From NCBI GenBank assembly GCA_044358475.1, contig JBIKNV010000001.1, positions 1-29,431 on the forward strand: a DNA stretch of 29,431 nt. Reading direction: 5' to 3'. Below the pieces are notes generated by a model that saw nothing but the letters and a program-made list of their open reading frames with translations, was not told the DNA's origin and ran no database searches. The DNA is from Pirellulales bacterium. Lineage in GTDB: Bacteria; Planctomycetota; Planctomycetia; Pirellulales; UBA1268. Position numbers and translations under genes: made by a program. How positions within the stretch are numbered: the first letter of the stretch is position 1; every line of letters starts with the position of its first letter. Shown piece by piece: positions 18,501-26,031 of the stretch.

Positions 18501-19603
18501 TCGAGGCGGCCACGATGGCCCTCGTGGAACGGATCGTGGAAAGTGCCCACACGCCGTCGGACGAAGGAGTGGCTGTCGTGGATTCGATCGCCAAACAGCG
18601 GATCCTCGACGGCCTGTCGCTCCTTGTGCCGAAACTCCTCGAAACCTGGATGACACACGCGCGGCAGCTGCGGCTCTCGGTGCTCGAGCGGGTGCGCGAC
18701 CAGAAAACCTTCGACTCACTGCGGGAGTTCATCGAGCAGTATGGCGCAGGGTTGTTCACGCAGCATGTGCTCACGCCCCCCTCGCTGCGTGGCATCCTGC
18801 GCGGGGGCGTGCGGTCCTTCTTGGAGCGAATGCTCGAACGCGACCAGGGAGATGTCATGGACGGCGGTGCGGCATCCCGCCGGCCAGCCCGGCTGCTCGA
18901 TGGGTTGGCTTCTGGCACGCTGCCGCTCAAGGTTGCCCAGTCACGGATCCGGCTGGTGCTCGAAAGCATCGCCGAGAACCACGCCGAGTATCGCGACTGG
19001 AACTCCACCACGACCCAATCGGATCGCGGAGAGAATGTCTACATGCTCCTCGACTTCCTGCGGCTGAAGGCCGAATACGACCGGATTGCCTGGACGCTGC
19101 GGCCGGTGACGATGGCGCACCGTGTGCTTGCGCGGCGGGGCGAGTCGGCAGCTGCGGCGGCGTGGCGGAGTCGGATGCGGGAAGAGACGGCCGAGACGGC
19201 AGCGGCGCTCGTGGCCAGGCTGGGCACGCTCGAACAGGAGACGGGCGTGCGGCTGGCGAGTGTCGGCGATCGCGTGCGCCGGGCGTTTACGGCGGCCCTC
19301 GAGCAGGATGAACTCGAGTCGTTCGTCGAGCCGGCGGTGAATGAACTCGCCACGGGCAGACCGCAGGGAGCAGGGGCGGAGCTCGAGGAGCGGGCCCGAG
19401 CGTTTCTGGGTGTGGCGAGCGGGTCGGGCGTGGAGGTGCCGGAGTGGCTCGAGCGGCTCACCAACCGGGTCGACCGATGCCTCGAGCGGGCCGATGGAGA
19501 GACGGCTTCAGCAATAGCGTTTTCCCGGTCCGGGTCGCTCCCCGATGCCGTAGCCTGGATGCGGATGCCGTGGGATGATCTCACGCAGGCCCTGGCGACA
19601 TAA
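15557..19603 (+). CDS. Large hypothetical protein, about 1348 aa, predicted mostly helical with an acidic insert
   Basis: Uninterrupted 4-kb ORF with GC-rich third positions; TAGGAT -10-like hexamer 10 nt before ATG 15557 (track start is GTG 15548). No motif recognised. Confidence 0.8.
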   Translation: MTASRPTDPASQVLGYLNFSSGSFDPTAWRALNDLFTAVETLPGEDGAAVAERPDAAGVVAGVLRHRLGELEASEPAFRQAAQASAAIELVFEHLPHAYREFHADLLEHQPAGAIERPFFLMAAAQAVLAEVASGDGDAIERIVERAINRLNDYVGWRPVAVLENGRLSESYPHERVRPLPIFVAGVGAAHGRYRDLVQGAIDILAVAPLDLLRQADFDLEMLEELAIDPRAFDFLHPAASRPNYLFGLWDPGHIDNAGCYRRMVVQQATLDGILSWPVAAVAESGSAVSDTADLCRESSAVLAGVMLMASGLSGHGPGAHQAGLPLAELLPRIAGYRDAFYRWLMEQLPEPHRLRLDEEVRRLRQPFGGVRRHINALLAKRRARQVESVALAAVMSRLGRAAEAERLAGVVPAASARMLARISGSVVAAQQALRLAKPGDDAAVSARAALDHLDAATDLLFRAVGCGAMVDPWNILGLAGQFPLHEPGGESLPDPRVDDLIDETGAILDGYAAVWRQAALEGAHREATRADNSLEKLGTWWDRYATTTVSGVDHLSGREVRDSTREVIASLQRRHTLGAEPPPPGFWRKEVASFTSPRSHAQATESLLREGDLDGAMGLLVCWAALLEGPTLEQLGGEWLAAAARWLARAFVDRSPEGRTRVRRFLELVEANTSGVADIIEMAAAGRELADSVPGALPTAGDADDDDQPDGEESVASAYESMVWRDSTDDGVDGGMLEHEQPGGMSGSGPAEVEQAAEFVAGCSRLLRHAVTAACAADNVSGSGPTREEIDAVVGWRHTLRRQRRAMVRAAAVISGRDVAAPLGMPEAELDRIRWQRDAAAERLVDAAIEITETLWMLSARMQFAAPRAVATAPQPVSRGLVGRLFAAILRGDAATSRGLLDEVCGRLAGKAVLYVPLSRGGQPDRIVRARCRERLLARLSGCLPRIGLVAETTRVVQLAKSLERKRPKGGASVSEFDRVFEAATMALVERIVESAHTPSDEGVAVVDSIAKQRILDGLSLLVPKLLETWMTHARQLRLSVLERVRDQKTFDSLREFIEQYGAGLFTQHVLTPPSLRGILRGGVRSFLERMLERDQGDVMDGGAASRRPARLLDGLASGTLPLKVAQSRIRLVLESIAENHAEYRDWNSTTTQSDRGENVYMLLDFLRLKAEYDRIAWTLRPVTMAHRVLARRGESAAAAAWRSRMREETAETAAALVARLGTLEQETGVRLASVGDRVRRAFTAALEQDELESFVEPAVNELATGRPQGAGAELEERARAFLGVASGSGVEVPEWLERLTNRVDRCLERADGETASAIAFSRSGSLPDAVAWMRMPWDDLTQALAT

Positions 19604-20203
19604 TCACAGCGGCTTGGCCCGGAGGTCACGAAACTCGACCTTCATCACGAGGCCGGGATGGATCTGGAGGCCGATCGGCGCGGGCTCCCGATACTTGTCG
19701 CTCGTGTACTGTGACACCCGCTCGCCGTTGAGCCACACGGTGAACGTGTCGCCCTTGGCCTCGAGGCGGATGCGGTTCCAGTCATTCGGCTTGAGCATGT
19801 CCGCCGCCCGCGGCGCCTGGGCCTCTTCCGGATATTTCCCGGTGTAGAACGAACACGTCATGTCTTTCTTGAGGCTCCGCGACACGCCGATCTGCACCTG
19901 GAGCTCGGGCTTCCGCACCATGATGCCGCTGTCGATCTCGCCGGTGAATCGCACCTCCCCCTCGACGATCACGTCACCGTAGGCCTGCTCCGTGTAGAGC
20001 ATCGAGCCTTTTTTTTCACTGTCGTTTGCCCCAATGATCGCGCCGTCGACCACCTCCCAGTAGGGTCCGCCCACGATCTTCCAGCCCGCGAGATCGCGCC
20101 CATTGAAGATCGCCGTCAGGTCAGCCGTGGGGGGCACTTCGGCGCTGGCAGTCGCGGCGAACAGGAGGATGGCGGCAAAGCCGGTCAGCATGATCGGGTG
20201 CAT
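19604..20203 (-). CDS. DUF1080 (3-keto-disaccharide hydrolase-like) exported protein
   Basis: Signal peptide ending ASA; IFNGRDLAGW, YGDVIVEGEVR, DSGI, DWNRIRL, WLNGERV, GPIGLQ-like PIGLQIH, VEFRDLRAK. GGAG 10 nt before ATG 20203. Confidence 0.85.
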   Translation of the reverse strand: MHPIMLTGFAAILLFAATASAEVPPTADLTAIFNGRDLAGWKIVGGPYWEVVDGAIIGANDSEKKGSMLYTEQAYGDVIVEGEVRFTGEIDSGIMVRKPELQVQIGVSRSLKKDMTCSFYTGKYPEEAQAPRAADMLKPNDWNRIRLEAKGDTFTVWLNGERVSQYTSDKYREPAPIGLQIHPGLVMKVEFRDLRAKPL

Positions 20204-20234
20204 TAGCAGCAATCTCCGTTGGATCTAAAAAAAC

Positions 20235-20240
20235 AGCATA
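20235..20240 (-). promoter_or_regulatory. Candidate -10 element TATGCT for the DUF1080 gene
   Basis: TATGCT on the minus strand followed by a T-rich stretch, then GGAG and ATG. Confidence 0.35.
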
Positions 20241-20307
20241 CCGTGTCGTGCGGTAAAGAGCTGCGTCCGCGTGTTTCCTCCAGAAAGCCGCCCAGTCGCG
20301 CGTCCCA

Positions 20308-20391
20308 CAGAAAGCCGCCAGGCGCGAGCCGGCGGGATGACGCGCGATCAGCGCCGCTGCTGGCCCCCGGGCTCGCGCCCGGGGCTTTCTG
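20308..20391. repeat. Head-to-head pair of REP-like repeats (copies 2 and 3, BIME-like)
   Basis: + strand CAGAAAGCCGCCAGGCGCGAGCCGGCGGG (20308-20336); - strand CAGAAAGCCCCGGGCGCGAGCCCGGGGG (20391-20364); partial CAGAAAGCCGCC at 20281-20292. Confidence 0.8.
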
Positions 20392-20476
20392 ACAACGATC
20401 CCCGAAGATCATGCGGCACCTGTGAACACCGGCCTCTGCGCTGGGCAAGCGGCCGAAACCCGGCCACTGCCAACCC

Positions 20477-20485
20477 TGGTAGACT
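20477..20485 (+). promoter_or_regulatory. Extended -10 TGnTAGACT, 7 nt before ATG 20493 (leaderless layout)
   Basis: TGG-TAGACT-CTGCTGG-ATG. Confidence 0.55.
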
Positions 20486-20492
20486 CTGCTGG

Positions 20493-21257
20493 ATGATGAG
20501 GAAACAAAACACGCCTGTGTCGCGATCGCTCGCCGTCTGGCTGGCCGGCCGGATCGGGCAGGATGCCTATGCCACGATGGCCGAGCGGCTGGCATGGGAA
20601 GTGTCAGAGCCGGGTGGCCGGCCCCCCACGCTCGTGCTGTACGAGCCCGAGCCGTCGATCACGATCGGCCGGGCTGGGTCGCGGACGGATGTCGAACTCA
20701 CCGACGACGATCTGCGGTCGCACCAACTGGCGATCCGATTCGTGGGCCGCGGCGGCGGCGCGGTGCTGCACGGGCCTGGGCAGGTGGGCATCGCCCTCTT
20801 CGCCACGCTCGAAGATCTCCGCCTCGAACGCCACGATGTCGGTGGCTACCTCGAGCGACTCGAATCGGCACTCGAAGGGGCAGTGCGGGAGGTGCGATGC
20901 GGCGCCGCCCGCGACTCGAAAGCTGCCGGGATTTTTGGCCGAACCGGACTCCTCGCCGCCGTCGGCATCGCGATCCGCCGCGGCGTCGTGTGGCACGGTG
21001 GATTCCTGAACGTCGAACGCAACCCGCTGCCCGCGCACCGCGTGCGGACCACCCCCCTCGCGGCCGCTCCGGCGAAGCGTACGATGTCATCGATCGAGGC
21101 GGACGTGCAGCGTCGTGTGCGACTGCAGGATGTTCGCTCCGCCCTCGTCCATCATGTGGTCGATGCCTTCGGCTTTTCCCAGCCGCACATCCAATCGGGC
21201 CTGCCCGTGACCATCAGCCAAGCCCGTCCTCCGGAGCCTGTCAGCCGTGTCGGATAG
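20493..21257 (+). CDS. LipB (octanoyltransferase)-like protein with degenerate active site, 254 aa
   Basis: TLVLYEPEPSITIGR, GRGGGAVLHGPGQ, LAAVGIAIRRGVVWHGGFLNV; overlaps lipA by 11 nt. Catalytic Lys and Cys not found. Confidence 0.8.
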   Translation: MMRKQNTPVSRSLAVWLAGRIGQDAYATMAERLAWEVSEPGGRPPTLVLYEPEPSITIGRAGSRTDVELTDDDLRSHQLAIRFVGRGGGAVLHGPGQVGIALFATLEDLRLERHDVGGYLERLESALEGAVREVRCGAARDSKAAGIFGRTGLLAAVGIAIRRGVVWHGGFLNVERNPLPAHRVRTTPLAAAPAKRTMSSIEADVQRRVRLQDVRSALVHHVVDAFGFSQPHIQSGLPVTISQARPPEPVSRVG

Positions 21258-22176
21258 CGTTTCTGGTTTGTCATCAATCGCCCTGCCGATCATCGACGCG
21301 ACAGCCGCGGCAGCGAGCCCCGCACCCGCGCGGCGACTACCGCCGTGGCTGCGGCGCAACCTCGAGCCGGGGGGTGGCCATGGCGAGACGGCCCACCTCA
21401 TCGCCGAATTGAATTTGGAGACGGTCTGCTCGTCGGCCAAGTGTCCTAACCGGCTCGAATGCTGGTCGCAGCGGACGGCGACATTCATGATCCTCGGCAA
21501 CGTCTGCACACGGCCGTGCGGCTTCTGCTCCGTGCCCAAGGGCAAGACCGAGGAACTCGAACTCGATGAGCCGGAGCGGGTGGCCGAGGCGGCGCGGCGA
21601 CTCGGGCTGCAGCATGTCGTGATCACGAGCGTCACCCGCGACGACCTGCCCGACGGCGGAGCCGATCACTTCCGACGGACGGTCGAGGCGGTGCGGGCGG
21701 CGACCGGCGCCGTGGTCGAGGTGCTCGTGCCCGACTTCATCGGCAAGGATGGGGCGCTTGAGCAGCTGATGGCGGCCAAGCCGGACGTCTTCAACCACAA
21801 CACCGAGACGGTGCCGCGGCTCTACCGCACCGTGCGGGGTCGCAAGAGTGTGTATCCCTGGACGCTCCAACTGCTCGCCGACGCCAAGACGATTCTGCCG
21901 TCAGTGAAGACCAAGAGCGGCCTCATGCTCGGCCTTGGCGAAACGCGGGACGAACTGCTCGACGTGTTTGCCGACCTGCTTGACCACGGAGTCGATTTTC
22001 TCACACTCGGCCAGTATCTGCAGCCGACGCTCGACTCGCTCCCCGTGGAGCGGTATGTGCCGCCGGAGGAGTTTGATGAGATCGGCAGCCTGGCCCGGAG
22101 CATGGGGTTCAAGCAGGTGGCCTCGGGGCCATTCGTGCGGTCGAGCTACCACGCCCGCGAGATGAACGAGGCGTGA
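21247..22176 (+). CDS. lipA: Lipoyl synthase (radical SAM)
   Basis: LETVCSSAKCPNRLEC (CX4CX5C), CTRPCGFC (CX3CX2C), VVITSVTRDDL, FNHNTETV, KSGLMLGLGE, TLGQYLQP, VRSSY. Confidence 0.97.
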   Translation: MSDSVSGLSSIALPIIDATAAAASPAPARRLPPWLRRNLEPGGGHGETAHLIAELNLETVCSSAKCPNRLECWSQRTATFMILGNVCTRPCGFCSVPKGKTEELELDEPERVAEAARRLGLQHVVITSVTRDDLPDGGADHFRRTVEAVRAATGAVVEVLVPDFIGKDGALEQLMAAKPDVFNHNTETVPRLYRTVRGRKSVYPWTLQLLADAKTILPSVKTKSGLMLGLGETRDELLDVFADLLDHGVDFLTLGQYLQPTLDSLPVERYVPPEEFDEIGSLARSMGFKQVASGPFVRSSYHAREMNEA

Positions 22177-22212
22177 TGTGCTGAAGTGCGGCCGCCGCAC
22201 GATGCGGCGACC

Positions 22213-22282
22213 GGCGACCGCAAAAAACCTTGGCTTTTTTGGGGTCGCCCACGTGCAAAAAGGCCATGGATGGCTTTTTGTA
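22213..22282. terminator. Two adjacent hairpins with A-run/T-run arms between convergent genes (putative bidirectional terminators)
   Basis: 22213-22249 GGCGACC-G-CAAAAAA...TTTTTTG-G-GGTCGCC; 22256-22280 CAAAAAG(G)CCA-TGGA-TGGCTTTTTG. Confidence 0.55.
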
Positions 22283-22289
22283 CGGGCAG

Positions 22290-23360
22290 TTATAGCTCGC
22301 TAGCGTCTTCAAGGCCGTGGTCGAGGAGCTTCTTGCGGAGCGTGTTGCGATTGATGCCGAGGCGGGCGGCCGCCTTCAACTGCACGCCGTTGCAGGCGGC
22401 GAGCATCTGGGCGATCAATTCCCGTTCCACGCGGTTCACGATCCGGTCGAAGAGGTTGTCGTCGTCGGGGCCGGCCGTCGCCATGCCCTGCTCGACCAGA
22501 TCCCGGGCCAGGCTATCGAGATCGCCGCCACGGCCGGGCAGCGATACCGGGGGCCGTCCACCCCGCATTGCCGGCGGCAGGAGGTCGAGTGTGATCTCGT
22601 CGCCCTCGGCGAGCACGACGCACCGCTCCACGACGTTTTGTAATTCGCGGACGTTGCCCGGCCAGTGGTAGGCACAGAGCGCCTCCATCGCCTCCTTGCC
22701 AATGTGCGTGACGAAGCGATCGGACTGCTCGTTGTAATGCTCCAGGAAATGCGTCACGAGCAGTGGGATGTCTTCACGCCGCGACCGCAGGGGTGGCAGA
22801 TAGATCGGCACCACGTTGAGCCGGTAGTAGAGGTCCTCACGAAACGTCTCCTTCGCCACCTCGTCGAGCAGCTCGCGGTTGCTGGCGGCGATCACGCGGG
22901 TGTCGACGCTGATCGTCTCGGTGTCGCCCACCCGTTCAAACTCCCGCTCCTGGAGCACCCGCAGCAGCTTTACCTGGAGCTTGGGGGTCGTGGAATTGAT
23001 CTCGTCGAGGAAGATGGTGCCGGTGTGGGCGGCCTCGAACCGTCCGGCCCGATTGGCGACAGCGCCGGTGAACGAGCCGCGGACGTGGCCGAACAGTTCG
23101 CTCTCGAGCAGGCTTTCCGACAAGGCGCCGCAGTTGACACGGACGAATGGACCCGTGCTCCGCGGCGAGAGTTCATGGATCGCCTTCGCAATCAGTTCCT
23201 TGCCGGTGCCAGTCTCGCCCACCAGGAGCACGGAGGCATTCGAGGCCGCCACCCGGCGGGTCATCGCATACACCGACTGCATCGCAGTGCCGGAGCCGAT
23301 GAGGCCGGGGATCGGCGGGGCGGAGGGATCGTCGCCGGGTTGGGAGGGCTTACGGAGCAT
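22290..23360 (-). CDS. Sigma54-dependent activator (AAA+ plus Fis-type HTH) without an N-terminal regulatory domain, 356 aa
   Basis: GETGTGKE (Walker A), VNCGAL, ESELFGH, GSFTGA, TIFLDEI (Walker B), FREDLYYRLNV, WPGNVREL, AAARLGINRNTLRKK. ATG 23360 overlaps the upstream stop; the track extension to 23933 lies inside the upstream gene. Confidence 0.92.
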   Translation of the reverse strand: MLRKPSQPGDDPSAPPIPGLIGSGTAMQSVYAMTRRVAASNASVLLVGETGTGKELIAKAIHELSPRSTGPFVRVNCGALSESLLESELFGHVRGSFTGAVANRAGRFEAAHTGTIFLDEINSTTPKLQVKLLRVLQEREFERVGDTETISVDTRVIAASNRELLDEVAKETFREDLYYRLNVVPIYLPPLRSRREDIPLLVTHFLEHYNEQSDRFVTHIGKEAMEALCAYHWPGNVRELQNVVERCVVLAEGDEITLDLLPPAMRGGRPPVSLPGRGGDLDSLARDLVEQGMATAGPDDDNLFDRIVNRVERELIAQMLAACNGVQLKAAARLGINRNTLRKKLLDHGLEDASEL

Positions 23361-25734
23361 CGACACGGGCAGTTTCGGAGCGCATGCGGGGGCCCTCGAG
23401 GATTTCGAGAAGATCGCCGGCCAGTCGTCGGCTCTCCGCATCCGTCGCCGAATTGTACATTCCGGCGAGGCTCCCGATATGCCCGCTCTCGAGAAGGATG
23501 CCATACCGCCGCACGCTCGCGGCAAATCCTGTGCGGGCCCGGGCCCGCAGGGGCTCGGGGAGGTCCTGCTGGCGAGCCTCGCGGAAGAGTGACTGCTGGG
23601 CGGCGGGGGCGCCGATCGTCGATAGAACCGCCACCGCGGGAGCGTGAAAGTCGTCGCGGAGCAGGGCCTCGCGGGCGGTCGGCAGGGCCGCCGAGATGTC
23701 CCAGCCCCGGTCCCCGAGCATGGCCAGCGTTTCCAGGGCACTCCGAGCTCGGTCCACGCGGGCCTGCGCCTCTGCGGCCCGCCGCCGGGCGTCGGTCGCC
23801 TGCGGGCCGGCCGCGATCGCCAAGGCATCGGGGAACCGCGGTGGCCGGACGATCGCCCCCGTCTCAGCATCGAACTCAGGCTGAAAGAAACTCTCCATTC
23901 GGTCGACGATTCCCACGCACTCCATGTCGGCAAACGCCATCAGCAGCCGTGTCAGGAACCTGCCCCGCGGGTCATCGTCGAGCGGATCGACGATGACGAG
24001 CACTGGCGGAGCCTCGAGCTGACTGCCCCGCTGCAAGAGTTCAACGGTCTCCAAGGCCGATGGGCTGCCGAGCCGCGCAGCCAGGAGCACGAGTACCGTG
24101 TCGGCCGAGTCGCGGGCGGCGAAGATCGCGTCGCGGCCGGAGCGGACGCGAATCGTTTCGTAGCCATGCCGCGACAATCCGGCGGCAAGCTCTTCGACGA
24201 TCGCAGGGTCAGGGTGGGCCACGATCGCCCGGTCAACGCCGGTGGACGTGGCTGCATACTGCAGGGCCTGCACTACCTTGCTGGCTCCGCGGTAGGGCGG
24301 ATCACCGCCGCAGGCGGCGAGCGTGCGGGCCGCCTCGAATGAGAGTTCAGGTGACGGTACGGCGAGGGCGCGCAGGAGCGCTGCCCGGGAGGCGGGGGGA
24401 AGCGGAGTCAGCGGCGTATCGTCTCCAGGCTTCTCGAGAGAGGCAGCCATACGGATCGCCCGCGCGGCGGCCGTGGCGGCAGCCGTCATGCCGCGGTAGC
24501 CGGCCTCGTCGAGCACCTCTGCTGCCAGAACAGGATCGAAGCCATCAGGACCGGAGAGCGTCGCCACGAGTGCTTCGGCCGGGATCGCATCGAGCGCATT
24601 CGGGGCATCGCCTGCGCTGACGGCGGTCAGTTCAAGCCGCGCGAGGAGCACGAGCCGGATCTGGGCTGGATCGGTGGGGGCGAGAGCGGCCAAATCGCGG
24701 GCCACGTGGCCGGCCCGTTCCGCGCGGGCCTGGCGGGTCGTCAGGGACGCCTGGTGGGGAAGGCCGGCCTCGGGATTCCACGTGAACGTGGTGATCGTCT
24801 TCGGGTCGAGGCTGTCAGCCATTGGGAGACCGGCTGGTGAGAGCGCATGATCGAGCCGACGGGTGAGCAGCGTGCGGGCCTCGTCGGCCGTCGGCGCCAC
24901 CCCCAAAGCAGCCAACGCCTCAGCGGCTGCTGCACGAGCCGCCGGCGGGGCATCGGCCGCAAGCGCGGGGGCGAGCAGGAAGTCGGTGTCCTGATCGCTC
25001 GCTGCGGAAACTGCCTTGATCACACCGGGCCAGTGGTCGATGTCGTCCGAGCCGAGCCATGCGAGGAGCGCATCCCGTCCGTCGGCTCCGAGGGCATGCA
25101 CCATCCCTTGTGCGAGCCCACGGGCACGCAGGCCTTCCTCATCGGTGGTCTGCAACAACTCGACGAGCGCGGGCAGGGCGTCGAGCCCGGCTCGGGTGAT
25201 CTCGTTGGCGGCGGCGAGCCGATCGGACCGCAGCGGGCTGCGGAGGGCGGCGACGGCAGCTGCAAGTCGCTGCGGATTCCGGCGCCGCTGGCCCGCAGCA
25301 GCTCTGAGGGAGCCTAAGAGCTTCGGCGCGTCGGGCTCGTAGGGTGCGATAGCTCGCTCGAGCCTGCGGAGGCCAGCCGGGTCGATCGCGTCTCCGAGAT
25401 CGGCGAGCAGATCACCACGGCCTTCCTCGATCGCCGCCACGGCATCGACAAAGCTGAGGTAGAGATCAACCGCGTCGGCGATCGCATCGACGTCGACGGC
25501 GCGGAGGGCTCCCTCGAGCCAGCCGTGGGGGGAGGTGGGGGCGGGATGGCGGATCGATTCGACGACTGCCGCGGCGAGCGGGTCGAGCGCTACCCGCGGA
25601 GGGTCGCTGCGTTGTGGAGCCGTGTCGGCCGTGGCAGGTTCGGCAGCCCTCACGGTCGTGGTGGCATGACCTGGCAGCAGGCAGCCGAGCAGGGCAACGA
25701 GTGCCGCGTTCCGCAGAGCATCCAGCGCGTCCAT
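23350..25734 (-). CDS. Exported or lipoprotein HEAT-repeat-like protein with a pseudo-receiver domain, about 794 aa
   Basis: Hydrophobic N-terminus AALVALLGCLL; helical repeats (DRLAAANEITRAGLDALPALVELL, LSFEAARTLA); receiver-like RAIVAHPDPAIVEELAAGLSRHGYETIRVRSGRDAI...VLVLLA...PPVLVI. Start codon uncertain. Confidence 0.7.
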   Translation of the reverse strand: MDALDALRNAALVALLGCLLPGHATTTVRAAEPATADTAPQRSDPPRVALDPLAAAVVESIRHPAPTSPHGWLEGALRAVDVDAIADAVDLYLSFVDAVAAIEEGRGDLLADLGDAIDPAGLRRLERAIAPYEPDAPKLLGSLRAAAGQRRRNPQRLAAAVAALRSPLRSDRLAAANEITRAGLDALPALVELLQTTDEEGLRARGLAQGMVHALGADGRDALLAWLGSDDIDHWPGVIKAVSAASDQDTDFLLAPALAADAPPAARAAAAEALAALGVAPTADEARTLLTRRLDHALSPAGLPMADSLDPKTITTFTWNPEAGLPHQASLTTRQARAERAGHVARDLAALAPTDPAQIRLVLLARLELTAVSAGDAPNALDAIPAEALVATLSGPDGFDPVLAAEVLDEAGYRGMTAAATAAARAIRMAASLEKPGDDTPLTPLPPASRAALLRALAVPSPELSFEAARTLAACGGDPPYRGASKVVQALQYAATSTGVDRAIVAHPDPAIVEELAAGLSRHGYETIRVRSGRDAIFAARDSADTVLVLLAARLGSPSALETVELLQRGSQLEAPPVLVIVDPLDDDPRGRFLTRLLMAFADMECVGIVDRMESFFQPEFDAETGAIVRPPRFPDALAIAAGPQATDARRRAAEAQARVDRARSALETLAMLGDRGWDISAALPTAREALLRDDFHAPAVAVLSTIGAPAAQQSLFREARQQDLPEPLRARARTGFAASVRRYGILLESGHIGSLAGMYNSATDAESRRLAGDLLEILEGPRMRSETARVDAP

Positions 25735-25952
25735 ACGCTGGGGAGTCGGCAGCGGCCGCCTTCGGGGTCGAACCGAAATCAGCCCACCGTGCACCTTTCC
25801 GTGAACCCCCGGGACTCCGCGGCACGGACTCCCCAGAAGCCTTCCCTCGTGGTACCTCACCTGCGGCAAGGTCACCCGTCACCCGCAGGGTTTGCCTGAC
25901 CGCGTTTGTCGTGGCTGCGGTATCCTTATTGAACTTCGACACCCCATCCATC

Positions 25953-26000
25953 AGGCCCCGTCGCTCATGCTCCGGGCTTGCTGGAGAAGGCCCCGTCGCT
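25953..26000 (+). repeat. 13-bp direct repeat AGGCCCCGTCGCT x2 upstream of the adenylate cyclase gene
   Basis: Exact copies at 25953-25965 and 25988-26000. Confidence 0.7.
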
Positions 26001-26031
26001 TGCGCCATGGGCTTCCTTCCGTGATCTCCGT

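Noticed and set aside
7414-20016. A8/T8 runs at 7414-7421, 14875-14882 and 20009-20016 as phase-variation sites
   Set aside because: They are explained by adjacent Phe/Lys codons mid-gene, are short for A/T slippage, and the frames are intact.
20281-20400. CRISPR mini-array (repeated CAGAAAGCC units)
   Set aside because: Copies are degenerate and partly inverted, with no regular repeat-spacer period and no cas genes; better explained as REP elements.
23055-23075. GSFTGA instead of GAFTGA as a sign of an inactive sigma54 activator
   Set aside because: The F, T, G and A that matter for sigma54 contact are retained, and position 2 varies among activators.
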